Assembly (NCBI GenBank): GCA_965202585.1
Contig: OZ241831.1
Span: forward strand, 31,496,001-31,560,000
Direction: 5' to 3'
DNA from: Thalia democratica
Lineage: Eukaryota
DNA length: 64,000 nt
Position 1 is the stretch's first letter; each line of letters begins with the position of its first letter. Of this stretch, positions 36,828 to 50,294 are shown piece after piece. The position numbers and the translations under genes were made by a program. The notes beneath the pieces are model-generated. The model did no database searches. It worked only from the letters and a program-made list of their open reading frames with translations, and had not been told where the DNA came from.

Positions 36828-39800
36828 TTGAGTTTAGTGAGAGCTCTACTAATATGAGACAACAGTTAACAAAGCAGAATTTTATACTTAACGTTTGTTA
36901 AAATGCACATAGTTTTATTCGCTAGGCCAGGGTTCGACATCTTTTAATCAGTCGGTAGTGAATTTTTCAAGCAAAAGTTTCCTCTTAAAAAAAAAAACTC
37001 TTCAAAGATGCTATAAATTATAAAAAAAAACCTCTTGCTCTTAAAATGTTATAATTGTGTAATAAAAAGGCATGAGTAATTTAAAATATTAATTTAGAGC
37101 TCAACTATAGTTTTTAACAAGATCTTTTTTTTTGTTGAAAGGTATATTTTTGGCCGTAAGTTTTTATATCTACCCTAGACTTCATTCTGCGGACTTGTAG
37201 TAAATGGTAAAAAAATATATTTGTTTTAAACTTTAATATACTAATTTCACTATAGCATTTTGACGCTTATTTACTTTCCCACAATTAATTTAAACTTAGC
37301 AAAAACTCAAGGTAATACTGAAAACCAAAAATATAAAAGATTTAAACTTACAAATAGCTGACCATAGAAAATAATAATACATACATTAATCAAATATTTA
37401 TATATCAATCAAAAAAGTTAATAGATATTTCTTATGTAAAACCTAAATCGAATATTACGTCAACTTTATGTGTGTGTTAAAAACAGATTGTTATAAAAGT
37501 TTATAAAGTATCGAATAAACAGATAACAGGTATATAAGCTACTTAAAAGAAGAAGGTTAAAAAGAAAACTAAACATGGGAATGTAGAAAAATGTGCCAAA
37601 CCTAAAAAAATCTTCAGGCCAAAGGCGAGATTAACTAAAAACAAAATAAAAGTAAATTTTAAAGTAAACAACTTGTATAACGACAGTGATTAATAATCTC
37701 CTTTAAATTAGACTAAAAAAAGAAGATAAAAAACGTTGACTTCAAAAGAAACATGAAGAGCTTGAAAATTCCCAGCAAAGTAGAGTAAGAAAACACTAAA
37801 AAATAGGAAAAAAAATCTTTTCTTTATAAAAATGATATCTTTAGCAACGGAGCATAGAAGCCAAATGTAGCCGAAACTCGGAAATTTTGTTAAAAAATGA
37901 GCTATTTTCCACAACAGCTGTTAGCTTAGCATAAACCTCTTTTAACCTAAATTTTGATTTTTATAGCAGAACGGCCTCAAGGGGCGTCACGTAAACCTAA
38001 AAGGGAATCTCGTTGTACAAAACATTTTGAAAAGTAATTTATCAAAGTTTATAAACTTTAGTAACAATGCTTGTAACTACAAGTTGTAAGGTTTAAAATA
38101 ATAAATTTAAACTGTGACAAGCTAAAACATTATAAAAGAATCTAAAGGAACACTGCTCTTCAAATAAATTAAATTTGGAAATATTTAAAAAATGCTCATG
38201 CTTATAACTTTTATAAAAAAAATCATCAGTATTAAAAAGCCAATTTTTAGTATGTTTTAAAATTTCAATTAGATATATATTGTTTTCATTTTTTCAGGTA
38301 GAAAATTAAATAATTTATTTAAATGTTAATTTAAACTTATCTAAACTTTTTTATATTGTTTAACGAAAATAAGACGAAATTTTGTTGTTTTTCTGCTTGA
38401 AGTACTTAAGAAGTTATGTAAGTTTAAATCCAACTAGTTTTTGCCTATACAGTTTGAAAACTACTCCGAATTCTTAATAGTTTTGACAAAATTTTCTTGC
38501 AGAATGTTAGAAAAAAATTTCTGTAAGACTAATTAAGAGAAACTTTTTTGCATTTTTCTTAAACTTTGTTGAAATAGTATTGGAAAATACAATAAGTTAT
38601 TTAAAAACTTAAAATTTTCAACTTAATATTATTTATTTGATATATTTTCAAAAAAAAAAGTGCAAATAGGCATCAGGATGTTGCTTGTATAAACCTAAAA
38701 TTAGTTAATTTCCTAATGATTGTTTTATTTTGTAAAATTGTACATAAAATTTATATCATATTTGCTAAAAAAAAAATGAAGATATTTCAGCACCAAGCAG
38801 TTGAAATATTCTCTTTTAGAAATACTTTGTAGTATATTACCATAAGTCATCAATGAAATTTTCAAAAGATTATAAGTTTTAAATTGAGAAAATATACACT
38901 TTTTTTTCAATTTTTCAAAGAATTCTGACATTTTTAAACACTAAATCAAAGAAATCAAAAACCTAAAAAAGTTTTTATATAAAAGTTTTTAAGGTATTTT
39001 TAAGCAGTTGATGTTGGCCTTAATTTTGATAAAAATTTTAGGTTTTTTCAACTTATTTTTCTTTTTTTAAAAAGGAAAAATTTGCTACATTTAAGCTTAC
39101 ATAATTTAATTTTATTCAAAGGCCAAATATGAGATATTTATATAACAATACTTTTATAATTTTTTTTACTGAGAGATTGTTTCTTCCAAAGTATTATAGT
39201 CCACAGTTTTCATTTTATAAAAATGTCTAATATTGAAGAATAATATACTACACTTACATTTTTTTGCATATAAAAGCAATTTAAATCTAATTAAATTATA
39301 TTCGAACATTTTATAAACATGATAAAAGTATTATCAGTAAATATACAATTATTTCTAGTAATCTATTAAGTTTGATAAAGTGTATTTGTATCAAAGTTGT
39401 TTTTTATTTTTGTTTAACTTTTTAATTGAAATATTTGTACAAGTTGATCAATTTTTAATGTTTTATACTTAAACAAATTTTATAGCTTTCTACTTTTAAT
39501 GATATTTTTTGTTTAGTATTAAATGTGTTTGTACTAGTTCAACCTATTTTAAAAAACTTTTTTGACTTAACAGGAATTCATATCACTTGAAGCACTGATT
39601 TTAGTAAAGCCAACCGCAAAAAGTTAGTTAAGATTTCGAGAGAATGTTTCAATTTGATAGTGCCTGTTTAAGTTGTAAAACAAGTAGGATTTTAATTGTC
39701 CCAGGAGCACTCATCTTTTTAAGTTAGTTTTTGTTTTAATATTTCATTTATTCTAAATAACTCATCAGTGTTTGTAGTTTATCTATTTATTTATTTTTAA

Positions 39801-42800
39801 ACCATCTTTCCTAATTAAAAAGATACTTTGGTCTTTAAGTTAGTTTAAAAAAAAAGTTTTTTACCTTTCTAAATTTTTTTTTTCAAATTAAATAAAAGTA
39901 TGATTCTAATTTTTCCACTTCATAATATCTATATTGTTTTTCTAACTCTCAGTTTTAAAATGTATAATAATATTATATTTAAATACGATTGATTTTCAAA
40001 TATTTTAAAAATTATTTTTGAGTGATAAACAAGTTTTTGAAATTCTACTTCTCTGTAAAAAGTTTCAAATACAAACATATGTAAAACGAAGCTTTTGTAG
40101 TAATATTTAAAAATTTTAACTAATTTACACAACTTTTCTTATGTTCTTAAACAAAAAACCTTGAATTTTTTAAATATTTTTTTTTGAAATGAAGAAAAAC
40201 ATAAAATTATCAATTAAACTTAGATATAAATTTACTCAAAAATCAACAAATTTTAAAACTTTTGTATAAAGATTTTAATTAGAATGCTAATCCAAGTTTA
40301 AGTAAACATTAGAGAATAAAAATACTCAAAGTGCTTTATTTTTGTTATAATTTGCTCTTGCTTTATGTCATGTTATACAACTTTCTGATCAAAAGAACTG
40401 TAATTTTTATTTTTGGTTAACTTTAGTATTACTTCATGAATACTGTATCAGTTGAATTGAAGTTTAATAGATGCTAAAGAATTTTAAAACAATGTATAGC
40501 TCGATCTTACTTTGTAGATTTTTAAATTAATTTTATGTAGTTTATTTACTGTTTATTTAATTTATTAAACAAAATTTGAAATATAACTGTTTAAAATTGA
40601 GAGCACAATAATTTTTAAAATATTTAACAAATTTTAAATTTACAATGATAAAAAATAAAATGATTTAGATAAACATTTGAACTAGAAGAAAAATTTTAAA
40701 TTAGTTTTAAATATATATATATATATAAAGGTATATGTTTTGTAACTATAAATAGATAAATCTTTGTTATATGCCAGTTATTTCATTTCGTAATTGTTTG
40801 AAATTTTACCTATAATACATTAAAAATAACATACTTCACTGCTAGGGTAACTTGAAGTAATTTGTTCTAAATGTTTTTTCAGATAAACTCTAAGATAATA
40901 AATTTTTTTAACCTTTTTAATTTTTAATTAGTTCAGTACATATTTATTATTTTATTACTAACAGTTTTATGAAACAAACTTTGCACTTAAATAAATTTAG
41001 TTGTGTTCTAAATGTTCACAAAATGTTGTTCTTGTGTTTTTGAAGTTATAGAACTAATAGTTTTATCACTAACTGTTTTGTGAAACAACTTAAGTAATTA
41101 TATAAACTACTTATTTTTAAATTAAAGTGTGTTCAAAAAATATTTTTTTGTTTTATTAGATCTTTTAAATTTATTTAGTTTTGAACAAAAAAAAATTCTG
41201 GTTATTATTTAAAGTCATGTTTATTAAAAGATCTAACATTTTAAAAATTATATACTGTAGCAATTAACTTTTTAAAGTGATGTATATTAAAATATTAATA
41301 GTTTCAATAAAAAAATCTTCCTTGTATGGTTTTTTTTTACAATTTGGCGTTATTTTTTAGACAAAAAAATTAATTAAGTGCCTTGAAAATAAAAAGCAGT
41401 TACTGTTTAAAGCAATTTGTTTTAATTGCTTTGGCGTTTCTTTATATTTTAAGCCAACTTTAAATCTACAATGTTATTACTGATGTTTTTTCTACTTATT
41501 TTTATTAGTTAAGAGTTTATTTAGTTTTAGTCTATCTAAACTATTTTTTACATTAAATGTAAAATTTTACTAACTTAGTATACAAACTTTTAAAAAAAAA
41601 TTTAAAATAGTAAACAGTTTTTTATTCAGTGTTTCAACTTATGAATTGTTGGTTTTGTTAAAACTTATTTGTCTTGTTGATTTCTGATTTACTAGTTTTT
41701 TAGAAATGCTTAAACAAATCAGTTGTATAAACCAAGCTCATGTAACATTTTAAAGTTTTTTTAAATTCATATTGTATTTTTATTAAACCTCTATTTTCGT
41801 TTAGATGTTTAAAAATAATTGAATGCTTAAAACTAAGTTAAATTTTTACCTAGTACCTTGGAAGTTTTTTTTTAATAGAACATTTTGGTATTTGGTATTT
41901 TTGATCTTAAAATGCACTTTAAGCTGTGTCTTTTTTATAGAGTTTTTTCATACTTAATTTAAAGTTATTCATAATTTTTTTATCACAGAATCTTTTATAG
42001 AAATGAAATGTTGAAGCTACAAATGTAAGCTCTACTTTTTATGAGAAAACTACCTTTTAGAAAAAAATAGTGTAGAATTTTTTTGAATCTATTTGATTAG
42101 TCTTTTTAATTTTACAGTAGATTATTTGATGTTTTTTGACCTTTTTCTTATTAATTTTTCAAATTAATATTTAAAATAATGACATAAAACATTTAGTTAT
42201 GAAGCATAAATAGTATTACCTATTATTTTTTTGGTTTAGTTTTAAGAAGTACCAATAGAAGCAATTTAATTCTAATAGCTTTAATCCATTTGTTTTTCAT
42301 TATTATGTTGAACAAAAAAGATTAAAAGACCAGCTAAAAATTTAAAATAAATTCTTCTAGGTGTTTATATTGTAAAATAAGTTTTACTGTTTATAAGATG
42401 TGTTTTTTAGTTATGTTAATAGTTTTGCAGGATTTTAGACAGTGAACTATTACAATTTCTGCAATTAATATTTCTGCAATTACTTTGATTTGTTTTTATT
42501 ATTTGTATTTTTTATATGTTGACTATGATAAAGCTTTAGTTTTTAATATATTCTTTTTAGCTAGTTTATCGCAAATTTTTTTCAACAAGTTACTTAATAT
42601 ATATAAAGTATTGGAAAAAATACTTAAATTAGCTACAAAAATTTAACTTTAAGCTAATGAATTTTTTACATTTAAAAGTTTTCTGTATCCTAAAGGTAAA
42701 TGTTCTGAATTTGTATACGTCTAATTATTAAAAAAGATATCTTTTTTTTTTTAAGTTTTTCCAAAAATTCTGTTCACTGTAGGAATAAGTACAAACTGAA

Positions 42801-45800
42801 TAAACTAAAGAGTTTTTTGTTTATAAAATTTGTTATAAAACTGATAAATAACCTTTTCATTAAATACACTTACTAAACTTCACTTAGTATTCAAAATAAA
42901 AGTCTAAAACTACGTAAATATTACAGTTCAATACTAAATTAATATATTTTTTAAATTACTCTATTAATAACAAAAAAAATCTTTTATCCAATATTATCGT
43001 TAAAATTTAAGCCAACATTTATTACAAAAAGGTTACATACTTTGAAGTTACTGTAAATTAAAAAAAAAAAAATCATAGTCTAAACATTAGGCACAATTTC
43101 ATTTGCAGATTTTTAAAAGAATCGTTTTTTAATATAAATAAAAAAACAATCTTATAATTTACTTTTTTTCAAAAAAAAGGGTTTATTACTGCTATTTTGA
43201 GACTTAATTTACAGAAATATAAAACTAAAGTACTCAATTAAGAAATGAATTGTTTGATTAGAATATTTAGACATTTAAAATACGTTTCGTTTTTCTTTAG
43301 TTTTCTAATGTTTTTATATATTTATTTAAATAAATTAGAAAAAAATTACTCATTTAATAATAATATTTTGAAGCAAATATTAAACTTAAATTCACTTAAC
43401 TTAAAATTGAAAAAATTACATAGTAAGCAATTTTTTTAAATTTTAAATCCAAACTTAAACAGCAGTGCGAACTCAATATTTGCAAATTTAACCGACTGTG
43501 CGAATTCAAAAAACGCGAACCTAACTGATAGACTTCTGATTTGAAAATTTTAAATATGAACAAAAACCTGCAAGCAACTTTTTAATCAGCAAAAAAATGA
43601 TACCGGAATTTTGTACTTTTAGTTTGCAATAATTATTCTTTTAGTATAAAGAAGTTAATTTCAGTAAACTTAAAGTTAATAAGACCAGCACTATAATATA
43701 GTGTTTCATTTGTACCCTAATTCATTTACTGAAATTCAAAAAAAGCCAAACTTAGCTCTTGGGCGATACTTAACGGTTAAAAGTTTATATATGTCAATTT
43801 TCCTATAGAAGTTTAATGAGGGCAAAAATAGCCGAAAAATTCTGGCAACTATGCAACGGAGTCTCAAAAATACAGCTGACACAAGTGCTTTATAGGAAAG
43901 TAACTAAACAAATAAAAATGAAAATTGTCATTCAGAGGACGAAGCTAAAATTCGGAACGGAGTTAGTAAATATTTTATTCGAAGTTTGCCGGAATGTAAA
44001 GTTGTGGGCGCTTTTTCGTAAACAAAAAAAAAAACAAAGGTTGTGGATTGAAAGGTTATTTGAGATGTTGAAAAGTTTAGACAGTTTTTTAGCAAAAGAA
44101 AAGAAGGTTTCAAGCTGAGGCATCGTTTTGCAACGAAAGTTGTTGATGTCCTTAGTGTAGACAATTCTGAAGATTTAGCAAAACTTAAACGAGCCAACAA
44201 ACTAGCTGTCGATCAAAGTGAGCACATAGAAAATAAAAGCTCACTTGAAAAGCGAATAAAGTATGAAGGCAACTTAAGGACTCAGTAAAAAAGTTTATGG
44301 GAAATATTTGTCTAACAAAGTTTAAAATTACAAAAGAGAAGCTAGTCGAAACCAGTCTTTAAAAAAAGTTGAATGTTGTAATTAAAAGGTAGAAAGACAG
44401 TAGCTGAAAAATATGTAGCAAAGCCTGAAGGAGAGAACAAGAATAAATTAGCGGAAATTTTGTCATAAGACATCAGCTTCTAATAGAAAAAAAAACAATA
44501 AGTTAAACTATTTTGAAGGAGTATTGTTTAAGAAGGTATCAGAAAAATAACTGATTACTTGTTAGAAGATATCAAACAAAATTTAAAAGAAAAGATTAAG
44601 GAAATATCTTTAAATACAAAAGACAAACCTGATAAAACAACTGTATAATTCATGCAGCAAACTCTACTGGCAAAACAGATTAATTTATGTAATTGTGTTT
44701 TTTTTAGTTTGGCAACGACTATGTTTAGCAGCATCGAAATAAAAATATAATCCATTATTACCCATCTTTTATTCACTCAAAAAGAATCAAACTTAGTTCC
44801 AAACAAGTAAATCATAAAAATAATATTCATAATTCATTAACTAAAAAAAAATTATACAGCAACCTTCCTCTATTGTACCAACATATGTTTCTGTGTGTTA
44901 AAGAATCAACACACTTCAATTGGGTTCTGTAAAAAAATTGTTACAGTAATGTAGAAATAGAAGCATAGAATATAGTAGGTGTATACATGTTTTCATTAAA
45001 ATTAAAATAAAATAATTTCTACATATTTTACAAGTTATGTTAATAATAAATAAAATAATTAATATTAAATCCTAACCCACTTTACCGAAAGTTAGAATTA
45101 GAAGTTAGATTTAGAAGTTAACCAAAACTTTCTTTTTTATCTTTGTTTACTGACTAAGCTTTGTTTCAGCTCAGACTAATATTTAAGTATACTAGCCCTT
45201 ACATTTGATTCGGCAACTTCACTAAAACTAAAACTTTCGATTACAGCTTAAAAACTTCCCTGCCTTAAAAACATTCATTGATATAAGATATGAAATACAA
45301 CAGAAACTTGAATTACTATAACAAACAAATATCAAAAGTTTATTCAACATTGCTGACACTGTTTCACCTAAATAGATTTTTAGGGCTTTAAGTAACAAAC
45401 TTAAATAAACTTTTGATAGTTAAGCTCCATACTATTGAGCACTTAAATCCATACATTTTTTTAAACTTATGTAACAAATAAAAAATTTGTTCTTATGATA
45501 ATCATATTTCATAATTTCCTGTAGGGCTGAAATATTGTTAAACTTAGGTAAATACTTGATGGAAATACTACAAACTTCTAGACCACAAGGATGCTCAAAA
45601 TGTTTGGTTCTAGGATCTAGTGCACAAACAACCTTTTGGTTATCAAGTCGCACACCACAGATACCTTTTGACTTCTTGTCCAAGACTTTATTACCTTTAA
45701 GTTACCCTGAACTTAAAAAGTGTACAACTTATTAGAAGTATTTAAATTATCAACCACTGGGTTTTGATTTTGCAATGTTCAACTCACATAGCTTTCAAAG

Positions 45801-46546
45801 CTGTTTTCAGAACCTCTATGCCATCAAGCAACAATTTCTATTTTCAAGATTGGTGTTCATTTAAAAAAAGTTATTTTAACATGGTGTAGCAAAAAAAAAA
45901 AAAAAAATTACAGTTAAATAGTTTCCACCTTATGAAATAATTTGGTCTGGTTTTGCCTAAAGTCATTATTGTAGTCATTTTGTTGTTAGACATTTCTGGA
46001 GTCAGGTTAAGGGTCTTCATGCACTTTGCACAAAGAAAAATGAAAGACTTTGTTTATAAAAAATTATAGTTATTGTAATAAACTTTAAGAAAATTGCATT
46101 GTTTATGTATATAAAAAGATAAAAAAAAAAAAACAATGTGTTTATCAAATTATTACAGAATAAATAATATTTGCTAACTCTTACATAAATCTCTAAGTAG
46201 AGAATTAAGAAACAAAGAAAGAAAAATGTAAATGTTCACAATTATAGTCAATAAATTGGTGTGGAAAGAGTTCTTTTGGTTATCAAGCTGAACACTATTT
46301 GCTTGTTATTAATACTTTGAGCTAATTTTAAAACAATAATGAAAAATTAGAATAAATACAAAAAAATTTTAAGCAGTTGTATGTAATTTTTTTCAGAAAG
46401 ACTATTTAAGTTATAAATTTTTTTTTAATGATAAGCACCCTTTTTTAACCCATTACGGCTAATATTGACAATGAAAACCATAATCTACCATGGGTTCCAC
46501 ACTGCCTCCTCACTAAATTTAACTTTTTATGATCATTTACATTCAC

Positions 46547-47590
46547 CAGGGTTGGCAAAAAGTCAGGAAATTAGGAAAAACTAAAAAAACAAGGTAAGGA
46601 AAAAATGGGGGTTTTTCAAAAAAAGTCAGGAAATTTGACAAAACTAAAAAAAAAAGTCAGATTTTGTCAGTTGAAATTTAAAAAATTCCTTATTTTCTAA
46701 AGCCTCCAGATGGTAAAATATTAATTAAAAATCCTTTAAAGTCAGATTTATATTGCAAAATTTTCCTAGAAATTAACAAAATTATTTATTTTCCAGTGCC
46801 TTCATATAACTAATATGATATCCTTTATAAAACTGCAAAATTTTTCTTTTATTATATTGAGCAACTACTCTACTTGAACAAGCAGTTTTTGTAAGCTTTT
46901 TAGTATTGATGATCTGTAGCAAGCACTTTTCCGTAGTGAAACTCCAATTGTGATATGTACACAAAAGTTTATCTGGGATATTTTAGAATCAAAGTGTTTT
47001 TTGTTCAAGTTAAAATTGAGGCACCAAAATTGGAGGTAAAAATAAATGAGTGCAAAAAGAAAAGGAATAAAGCCCACAAATTGTGGCTAGATTTAGAGAA
47101 AAGATTCTCTTCGACAAGTGTAGAGGCAGCATATGAGAACAATTTAAATAAAATGAGGCAAAAGGTTTTAATTGTCAAGAAATAGAAGCGGGATGCAGAC
47201 CAGATGAAGGAAACCATATCTTCATTAGATGAAGAGGTTGAAGTGCTAATAAAGAAACGAAGAAAATAAATTTTAGTACATATAATTAAAAAACAGTGTT
47301 TGATTAAGTTCTTTATTCTTTTTAATTTCTAAGTTTTTAATTGTAAAAGTTGGTTAATAATTTTAGGTCTTAGTAGGTAAAAGTTCTTTATATATTGTTT
47401 TGTTTATTTAGAAACATTTACGTTAGGAATTGCTAAAAAAATTGTGTATTTTTTCAGATAAGTTGTGTTTATAAGGTAATAATACAAGTATTTTGCTGAT
47501 AGAGCTGTTTATTGCAAATACGTCAACCATACACAGATGGTTCAAGTGATGTATTAGAAGTTTGATAATTGAATTCAGCAAAAGAATTGT
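46547..47590 (+). mobile_element. Family B transposon copy, right end truncated
   Basis: CAGGGTTGGC start with AGTCAGGA repeats; colinear with 6112-7130. Contains the coiled-coil coding remnant [21 protein letters not shown]...[27 protein letters not shown]. Confidence 0.85.
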
Positions 47591-48299
47591 TTTTTTTTTG
47601 AGTTTTATTTACTTTTAAGTAAATTATCTCTCAGCTCAAACTTAAATTCTCCAAGATAGTTCTGATCTCAATTTTCTGGGCGATTCTTCCCATAGTTTAC
47701 AATTAAAAAAGGATAATGACTAAAGACAATTTAGACTATTTACTCTGTAAAATTAGTTTGTTTCTGATTATTTTTTTGATAGTTACGTATTTTATAAGTG
47801 ATAGGAAAGATAAAATTTAACTGGAAATATACCTCTTTTGAATTTGTGTATAAAAGTTTTTAAGTTATATTTTTACATATTATCAATTTCTAAAGTTTTT
47901 TTTTTAATTTTTTTTTAATTTTTTTTTTGTTTAAATTTTCTTTCTTATTTTTAAACAAGACTACATTTTTTTGATCTGTTAGTCTCATCAATTTTACCTT
48001 TATAAGCCGTACCCCAGCATGGCAAACCACACCTTCTGCGGCCTACAAAAAGTAAATAAAGATATAATACAAAGATTTTTCATTTGAACAATATCTTGTT
48101 ATATATCGAATAGCTTTTGATTTTAGTAATTTAGTTTTTAAACTCTCTATTTGTTCAGTCCAATTTAAATTACCATCCATTGTAACTTATAACTGTTTAC
48201 CTTATTTAGAAATGAATTATCTATCTTAATATCTTAAGTTATGTTTTCCAATAGTCTGTTTTAGTTGAATGAAATAACATGCATCTTGTTTTATCAGTA

Positions 48300-48965
48300 C
48301 AGTGCTTATTCACTTATCCGGACAGTTTCAGTCAGAAGAATGTTTAAAAATTTTTCAATATTAAACTCAAACATTTTTGTATGATACAAATATTTAAGCT
48401 CTTTTGCTGTAAAAAATTTTAGAGTGATTTTATAAATTATACAATTTTGTTCATTATTATGACGTAATAATACAACTAAAGATTACATTCTATCTTTGTT
48501 CAAATCTAGCTTAGTTATCATTAATCTGTAAGCAAGTAAGGTAATTCAGTTTAGAAATTTTTAATTTAGTTTATTAATTATTTAATTTATATTTTCTATT
48601 AAATTTATTTTTCAAAATTAATAGATAGGGCAGTTGGAATTACAAATGATAAATTTTACTTGCTTGACCCTCAAAAAAATGTATATTGTTGCAGAGCGTT
48701 AGTAAGTCTTCTGTTTTTCTACTTAAAAAAATTTAATTAATTAATCTGAAAATTAAATTTTATTATTTATCATTTTATTACATATTACTCAGAATTACTA
48801 TGTATTTGTTTTTATTATAATACTTTTATTATGCATTGCATTATATAGGGCAGATATATTATTAATGAAAAAGTTGATTTTTTGTATTTATCCGGATTAT
48901 TGGTTATCTGGACATGTTTACAGAAAAATCTTGCCCAACGTGTCCAGATAAGTGAATAAGCACTG
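48300..48965. mobile_element. Tc1/mariner-pogo (Tigger-like) MITE, 666 bp
   Basis: 25-bp TIR CAGTGCTTATTCACTTATC(C/T)GGACA with 1 mismatch; TA on both sides (48298-48299, 48966-48967). Confidence 0.92.
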
Positions 48966-49110
48966 TATTTAGTTTAAGCCTATTATCCTTTATTAGTTTT
49001 GATATATTATCTAGTTCTGAATTTAGGTATGCACTATGCAGTGTCTGTATTTGTAATTAATTTTTTTTAAAGTGGTATATAATTTTATACTTTAGACTGA
49101 TGATGTTTTG

Positions 49111-49430
49111 TAGACCATTTACATATATCAAAAAGTTTAGTGGTTACAACACTGAAGCCTGTGGCACTCTCACTTCTATACCCTCAAAGTTCAGTTAATT
49201 ATTTTCAATAGTTTATTCTTTTTTCCATTTATTCCAATATATTCTAACTTGTCTAACAAAATCTTCCTATCTACACATTCAAAGACCTTGCTCAGATCTA
49301 ACAAAACAGCACAAACTGCATTTCCCTTGTCAATATAGGATAATTCACTTTCCACAAACTCTGACAGATAATATAAAATCATGAAATCTAGCGTGCTTTA
49401 CTTTGTAAAATTTTTAACTGTTGATTAAAA
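49111..49430 (-). mobile_element. Decayed non-LTR retrotransposon (CR1/L2-like) reverse transcriptase fragment
   Basis: Minus-strand peptides AVLLDLSKVFECVDRKILLDKLEYIGING and VPQASVL*PL.FLIYVNGL match the RT motifs LDLSKAFD.VDH.ILL.KL and GVPQGSVLGPLLFLIYINDL. Confidence 0.85.
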
Positions 49431-50294
49431 AAGTTTTTAATGTTTTATTTTTTGCTTATTTAAAACAGTTGCATATTTCAAAAGTATACTTTACTGCTTA
49501 TGCTGTACTTGACGTTTGAAATATAAAATATGCAGAGTGTTTAAAAAGGTTTTGTATTTTAGCTATAACTTTAAAAGTTGCTTGACTCAAACAAATTTTT
49601 TACAAGTTGATCAATAGCAAAAATGATGTCATAGGGGTGCAGATCAACTTGAACTACCTAGATTGTTGTTTTATATAAAATATGCTGTTATGTTGAAACT
49701 ATGAATCATATGTTGAAAAATTTTGAAACAGAATTTTACAATAAAAACTGTTGATTTTATTAGATCAATACATTAGACATAAGGATAGCTTAACGCTTAA
49801 AAAAGGCAGAGATTTATCCTAAGATACAAATAAACTATAGTTTTTAGTTTTAGTAAAGACCATTACTGTATTTTAGAGTAACTAGATAAATAAATAAGAT
49901 TTAGTTTAATGTAGTTGTACTTTTAATGTAGCAAAATCATGTCTTTTGTGATAACACTTTGTAGTATATTTTGTCATCTTTAAAATATCCAAAAGTAAAT
50001 TTTGTGGTTCTGGTTTTTTCATAAGTTATTCAAAGTTAGTAGTAGTATAAAAACAACATACTTTGTTCTAATTTATTGTAAAAAGAAAAGCAACATAAAA
50101 AAAAAATGTTGATGTTTTTTCAAAACCTGAAAAACAAATTATAAATAGTTATTTTTCAATGCAAGTTATTGTTATTGATTTAAAAAAATTGAGAAAAGGT
50201 CTGTATATAGTAAGCAATTTAGTTTACATGATTAGTTTGTAAGTTGTAAACATTAAATACATAATTTTAGATCAAAACATAACTTATTAAAATT

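Noticed and set aside
36900-36945. GGTTCGA T-loop-like motif suggesting a tRNA or tRNA-derived SINE
   Set aside because: No A box or cloverleaf could be built.
40710-40727. (AT)n microsatellite; also short TTAGAAG repeats near 45090-45120
   Set aside because: Short and expected in DNA of this composition.
43245-43439. Leu/Phe/Ile/Lys-rich short ORFs in AT-rich DNA (also 18449, 26804, 33696, 37708, 38725, 39929, 44555, 54236, 59468, 63776)
   Set aside because: Composition-driven open frames with no splice context or recognisable motifs.
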